A stretch of DNA of 63,844 nucleotides, the filler included, from Rhabdomonas costata (taxonomy: Eukaryota), in assembly GCA_019059605.1 (NCBI GenBank). It is 50 parts of 50 records of this genome, joined end to end, with 100 filler letters (N's around TTAATTAATTAA, not from the genome) between each part and the next. Parts side by side here need not be neighbours in the genome. Positions count along the whole stretch, not along the records: positions 58,833 to 60,010 come from JAHMHO010024884.1; positions 60,111 to 61,288 come from JAHMHO010024885.1; positions 61,389 to 62,566 come from JAHMHO010024886.1; positions 62,667 to 63,844 come from JAHMHO010024887.1; 46 more parts are not named here. The stretch is one strand, 5' to 3'. The notes under the pieces were generated by a model, which ran no database searches, was not told the origin of the DNA, and worked only from the letters and a program-made list of their open reading frames with translations. The translations under genes and the position numbers were made by a program. The number at the start of each line of letters is the position of its first letter. Within the stretch, counting starts at the first letter, position 1. Shown here piece by piece: positions 59,831 through 63,844 of the stretch.

Positions 59831-62800
59831 GTTTGCATTTCGTGTGTTTGTTTATTTGTTTGTTTGTTTGTGGGTGAGTGGGTGGGTGTGGGTTGTGGGT
59901 CATTGGCAGTATGGCAGTAGGCAGTATGTACGGTGATCGTTGCTGCTACCCCCGCCCACCCACTCACCCACAAACAAACAAACAAATAAACAAACACACG
60001 AAAAAAAAACNNNNNNNNNNNNNNNNNNNNNNNNNNNNNNNNNNNNNNNNNNNNTTAATTAATTAANNNNNNNNNNNNNNNNNNNNNNNNNNNNNNNNNN
60101 NNNNNNNNNNGGGTGGGTTTCGGTTGAGAAAAACGTTCGGTTGGGGTACATCTGGGATAGTACCCCGAGCAACGAGCAAGCGTCCTGTATGACGTTCGAC
60201 AGAAATATAGTCAGCGGTTTTTTGGGAAAAAATAGGAGATTTGGTATTCAGCGTTTTAAAAGGAGAGGCTGAGAAGAAGTGGACTGACCTACGGTAAGTG
60301 CGTGCGAGGGGTTCCCTCGAGAACCCTCGAGAAAGTGAGTCGAGCCTTCCAACAGTGTCAGCCAGTTTTCGCAGGGCCAGGCGGTTCACAAACGTGCTGG
60401 GACGGCTGGGACGGCAGTGGAAAACTCACAGCGGTAAACGAAAGGAAAGAAAAGAAAGGGTAGAAAAAAAGAAAGAAAAGCATTGCACAAATCTACATGC
60501 CCGATCCACCTCCTACTTCCCCTCCTCGCAAATGCACACACACCTCCACGCACCCCAGACTGAATGAGAGGGCGAGAATACGCGGCCAGTAGTCCCCAAT
60601 GTTTCGTTCCGCCAGCTCTCGCCGACCGTGTGGCCACGGGGGTCGTCACGCTGAAGGGTGGGAGGGAGGTGTTTCTGGAGGTGATCTAGAGCAATTCCAG
60701 CTAACTGCGCCGAGGAGTGATCGGTTTGTGTTGGGAACACCCGTCAACGGCAGCACACAGAAAAAGCACGGGGGAGAGAGAGAAAGAGGACAGGACGGAG
60801 TTGCGCGCAGGCATGTGAGACATATACAGCCTGAAGAAGGAAGGTGGTGGTGATGGGGAGAAGGAGCTACCCCCACAGAGGCAGAGATACGCACAATGAG
60901 TGAGGGAAAAACGATACAAAAGGGACGTAGTTCGGGAAACGGAGGCGTGGGTTTGAGCAAAGCAGATGCGCCAGGCCGTCGCCGGTCCAGAAGCCTTCCC
61001 TCTGAGGTGAAGAGCAAGGAAAGGCTGTGGAGCGAAGACGTCTTTCTCTCTCCAGGCCCCGTGAAAAAGGAAAAAAAAATGGGGAGAGCAGGAAAAGTGT
61101 GTCTGAGAAAGCAGCTGAGGGTACAACGTCCTCCAAAAAGGGACAAAGGGGAACAACAGCTCCCCGCAAGAGGGGAGGAAAAAGTGTCGCTGGAATCGGA
61201 GGGATGCACGCCACACTTTTTCCTCCCCTCTTGCGGGGAGCTGTTGTTCCCCTTTGTCCCTTTTTGGAGGACGTTGTACCCCCAACACNNNNNNNNNNNN
61301 NNNNNNNNNNNNNNNNNNNNNNNNNNNNNNNNTTAATTAATTAANNNNNNNNNNNNNNNNNNNNNNNNNNNNNNNNNNNNNNNNNNNNTTCGCCCTCCTC
61401 TGCTGAGGCCACTGTGGACCGACCTCACTCTCGCGTGAAGGGTTCTCCCAGAAGGAGCGCGTCAGAGAGAAGCTTGACTCAGGCGTAAGGGAGGGATGTG
61501 GTGAAAAGGAATTGGGGTCTGCTGTTGATTGTCCCTGATTCGTACGTTCTTGCTGGCATGCGACGGGGGTCGCTTCATGAGGGAGCATGGTGGCAGTGCG
61601 AGTGCTTTGTTTTCTTTGTGTACAGCGGTGAACAGCTGTCGGTGGGAAACGTAAAAAGACGCTCCCTCTGACCAGCTTCCTCGGAGCTGTCCCTCTCTGT
61701 TGTGTTTCCTTTTTTTCGTGTCGCAATGTCATCTCTGTACTTTACGGCAGTCCCTTTGTGTTGCATCTGCCCGGCGTCTGACTTCGAAGAGCCGGGCAGC
61801 TACCCACTTTCAGAGGATAGGTGAGCGGAACACACACACCACGCGAAGTCTAATCGCGCGTTTGGCGGTTCACTCGCAACGCGCGCTCCCCCGTGCCGAA
61901 TCACAGGGAGCGCAGTTCTGTGGGGCCAAGTCCCCTGCCACACGGGTCCGCTGCTGTCCTCTGTTATCTACTCACTCGTTTGCTTTCGTGCGTGGCTTTC
62001 TGGACGGTTTGTTTTTGTCGCCCTTCACACGATGGGCTTCCAATTGCGATCGCTTCGGGCCTCTCTGTGTGCCGCTGCGTTGCAGCACCCAACGTTTTGT
62101 AGTTCTGTCTGTCTGTTCATGGGGTCTGCGTGATGTGTGTTTCTTTGTTTGTGAGGTCCTGGGGGGGCTGCGACGGTTTCGTGCCTCAACCCTTTCCAGT
62201 CTTCTCGTTCTCCGCGGTTCTTTGTGAGGGCTCTGTGTCCTGTGGGATGAAGTTTGTCCTGACTTTGGACCTGCCTGCCCCTCAAGTCTACGTTACGATT
62301 GTGGCTCTGAGAGAGAATGCAGTGGGGCGGGGTGAGGGGGGTATTGCTCTGTTGGGAGATAATGCACTTGCGGCGTGAGAGGCACCTCTATCCATATTGC
62401 ACTGGGTGCTGGGGTGACATTGTCTCTGTCCAAAACCCAGAATCCTGCCTGGAATTGCTGGTTTCGGACAAGGAGTCACTCCGACCAAAACAAAGGGTAC
62501 AGAGAGGCGGGGAGGTGCCATGGGGAGCATGCAAACACACTTGACTTGCTGTTGGCCCCACAAACCNNNNNNNNNNNNNNNNNNNNNNNNNNNNNNNNNN
62601 NNNNNNNNNNTTAATTAATTAANNNNNNNNNNNNNNNNNNNNNNNNNNNNNNNNNNNNNNNNNNNNGGTTTTGGGTGGATGGCGCATGTACCACTTGCAT
62701 GCCCAGATTTTCGAAACAAATGCGGAATATACAGCGCAGAATTCGGCTCAATGGGGACGGTTTGAATAGTGAAGCAATAAGAGAGATTGTCGGCAAAATA

Positions 62801-63497
62801 TACGTAGTGGGAGGAGAACCGACAAACATACAGCATGGAAGGTGGCATAGTGTTTTGTTGCGCGCCCAATCGTGGGAAGGTGGTGGCCAAGGAATTAAGG
62901 CAGAATTCGGACACTATATAATTAGACAATATTCAGTCAATTATTCATATTCAGACAATGTCTAAAGTTGGAACCAAATGGCGCCGAGTCCGCAAAAACG
63001 GTCGTCATGGTAATTGTTGGAAGGATCGGTCAGGGAAGGGCTGGAAGAAGTGTGTAAATGAATGCATTTAGAAGGGAAAAGGTTTTGCGGAAAAAAGAGA
63101 CCCACCTGGAATGGGAGTGTATATAGATTGCTCTCCGGAAGCCCACAAGAGCGAAAGGGAAGCGCGCGTGTGTCAAAGGATGTGGACGCATGGGAATCAA
63201 CGACATTGTACAGAGGTATGCCGTTTGATGGGAAAATACAATTCTTTAGGTACAGTTTTTTTTAAAAAGAGATCGGCAAAGTTGCGTGTTGGTAGTATAG
63301 GAGCGAGCGAGTGAATGGAGAGAGAGGAAGGGTTTGTGTCATGTCTCGTTTTAAGCACGCATGTCTGCGAGCGCACGAGCTTGTGTGTCTGAATTGTTTG
63401 AAATATTTGATAACCAGAAAGTGTGCAAGGAAGGTGAAAGCAGAAGTTGGAATGGGACAGTGTATGAGTAAACGAGAAAGGCTAACGTTCCTTCCTT

Positions 63498-63630
63498 CTA
63501 TACGGTGCCTTGTGAGTTCGTCATTGGTGCAGGCTCTAGTACCGCCCCCTTTGCCCTGGGATCCAACAGTCTTTCATTCGGGCGGATTGCCCGGTTCACC
63601 GCCGCCTCGACGCGTTCGGTCACGGGGACC
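63498..63630 (-). CDS. Hypothetical protein, possible terminal exon
   Basis: Open frame VPVTERVEAAVNRAIRPNERLLDPRAKGAVLEPAPMTNSQGTV*. No motif recognised. Confidence 0.3.
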
Positions 63631-63844
63631 CTCCACGCCGCATCGAGCACAGCACGCAGCAGGAGGACACCACTGCACCCACCTCGCAGCACACTATATG
63701 TCGCCACGAGGGTGCATATCAAGGCCTCCTACCAATAAAGGGCCACAGACATAACCTCACGATCTATCGCCCTTCTCCAAGCACTTCTCCGCTACGTCGT
63801 CCCAATGGACGGATGAAAGAGAGTGTGAGGGTGCTCCCAGTTTC

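Noticed and set aside
1180..62666. Regularly spaced identical TTAATTAATTAA motif resembling a repeat array or CRISPR
   Set aside because: It sits inside N-runs with fixed geometry and is an assembly spacer. ORFs ending in X...LIN are artefacts of it.
1..63844. Alternative genetic code, rRNA, tRNA, spliced-leader RNA or hammerhead ribozymes
   Set aside because: Reconstructed exons translate cleanly in the standard code and end at normal stops. By-eye scanning found no convincing RNA gene or CUGANGA/GAAA core with stems, though Infernal and tRNAscan were not run.

Overview
This is not one continuous locus. It is 50 short contigs (mostly 1,177-1,181 bp) joined by artificial 100-nt spacers (N44-TTAATTAATTAA-N44), so neighbouring contigs have no biological linkage. 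Most contigs start with a G/T-only tract and end with an A/C-only tract, and about 12 carry terminal fold-back repeats. Both patterns fit single-cell whole-genome amplification with degenerate G/T primers. The source is an intron-rich eukaryote, probably a protist: short GC3-rich exons, GT-AG introns and TTAGGG repeats. A euglenozoan/euglenid origin is plausible but is inference only. Most ORFs in the supplied track are spurious; the real coding signal is in spliced exons that I rebuilt by hand. Recognisable gene fragments are UTP18, TPT1/KptA, an SLC35E3/UXT-like transporter, an EDR1/CTR1/ARMC3-type domain, a RING finger, two kinases, a CHD chromodomain, a bacterial-type class III adenylate cyclase, an R-S-E-clade ADP-ribosyltransferase-like domain with a Q-x-E motif, an HstK/Chk1-type 'WGA-AKV-QL' module, an ABC1/ADCK kinase, ECH1, a sterol glucosyltransferase, FAM98, an ABCG transporter, a GH47/EDEM mannosidase, and Kelch, LRR, ankyrin, MORN and RIH-like exons. 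There are also decayed Ty3/Gypsy and possibly Penelope-like retroelements. No complete multi-gene novel system can be shown from fragments this short. The best leads are the QxE ART-like gene, the HstK-like module, a possible non-canonical splice junction in the MORN gene, a divergent Tpt1, wrong-polarity telomeric repeats, and a 639-bp tandem unit containing a box C/D-like motif. All family assignments come from recalled motifs, not database searches.
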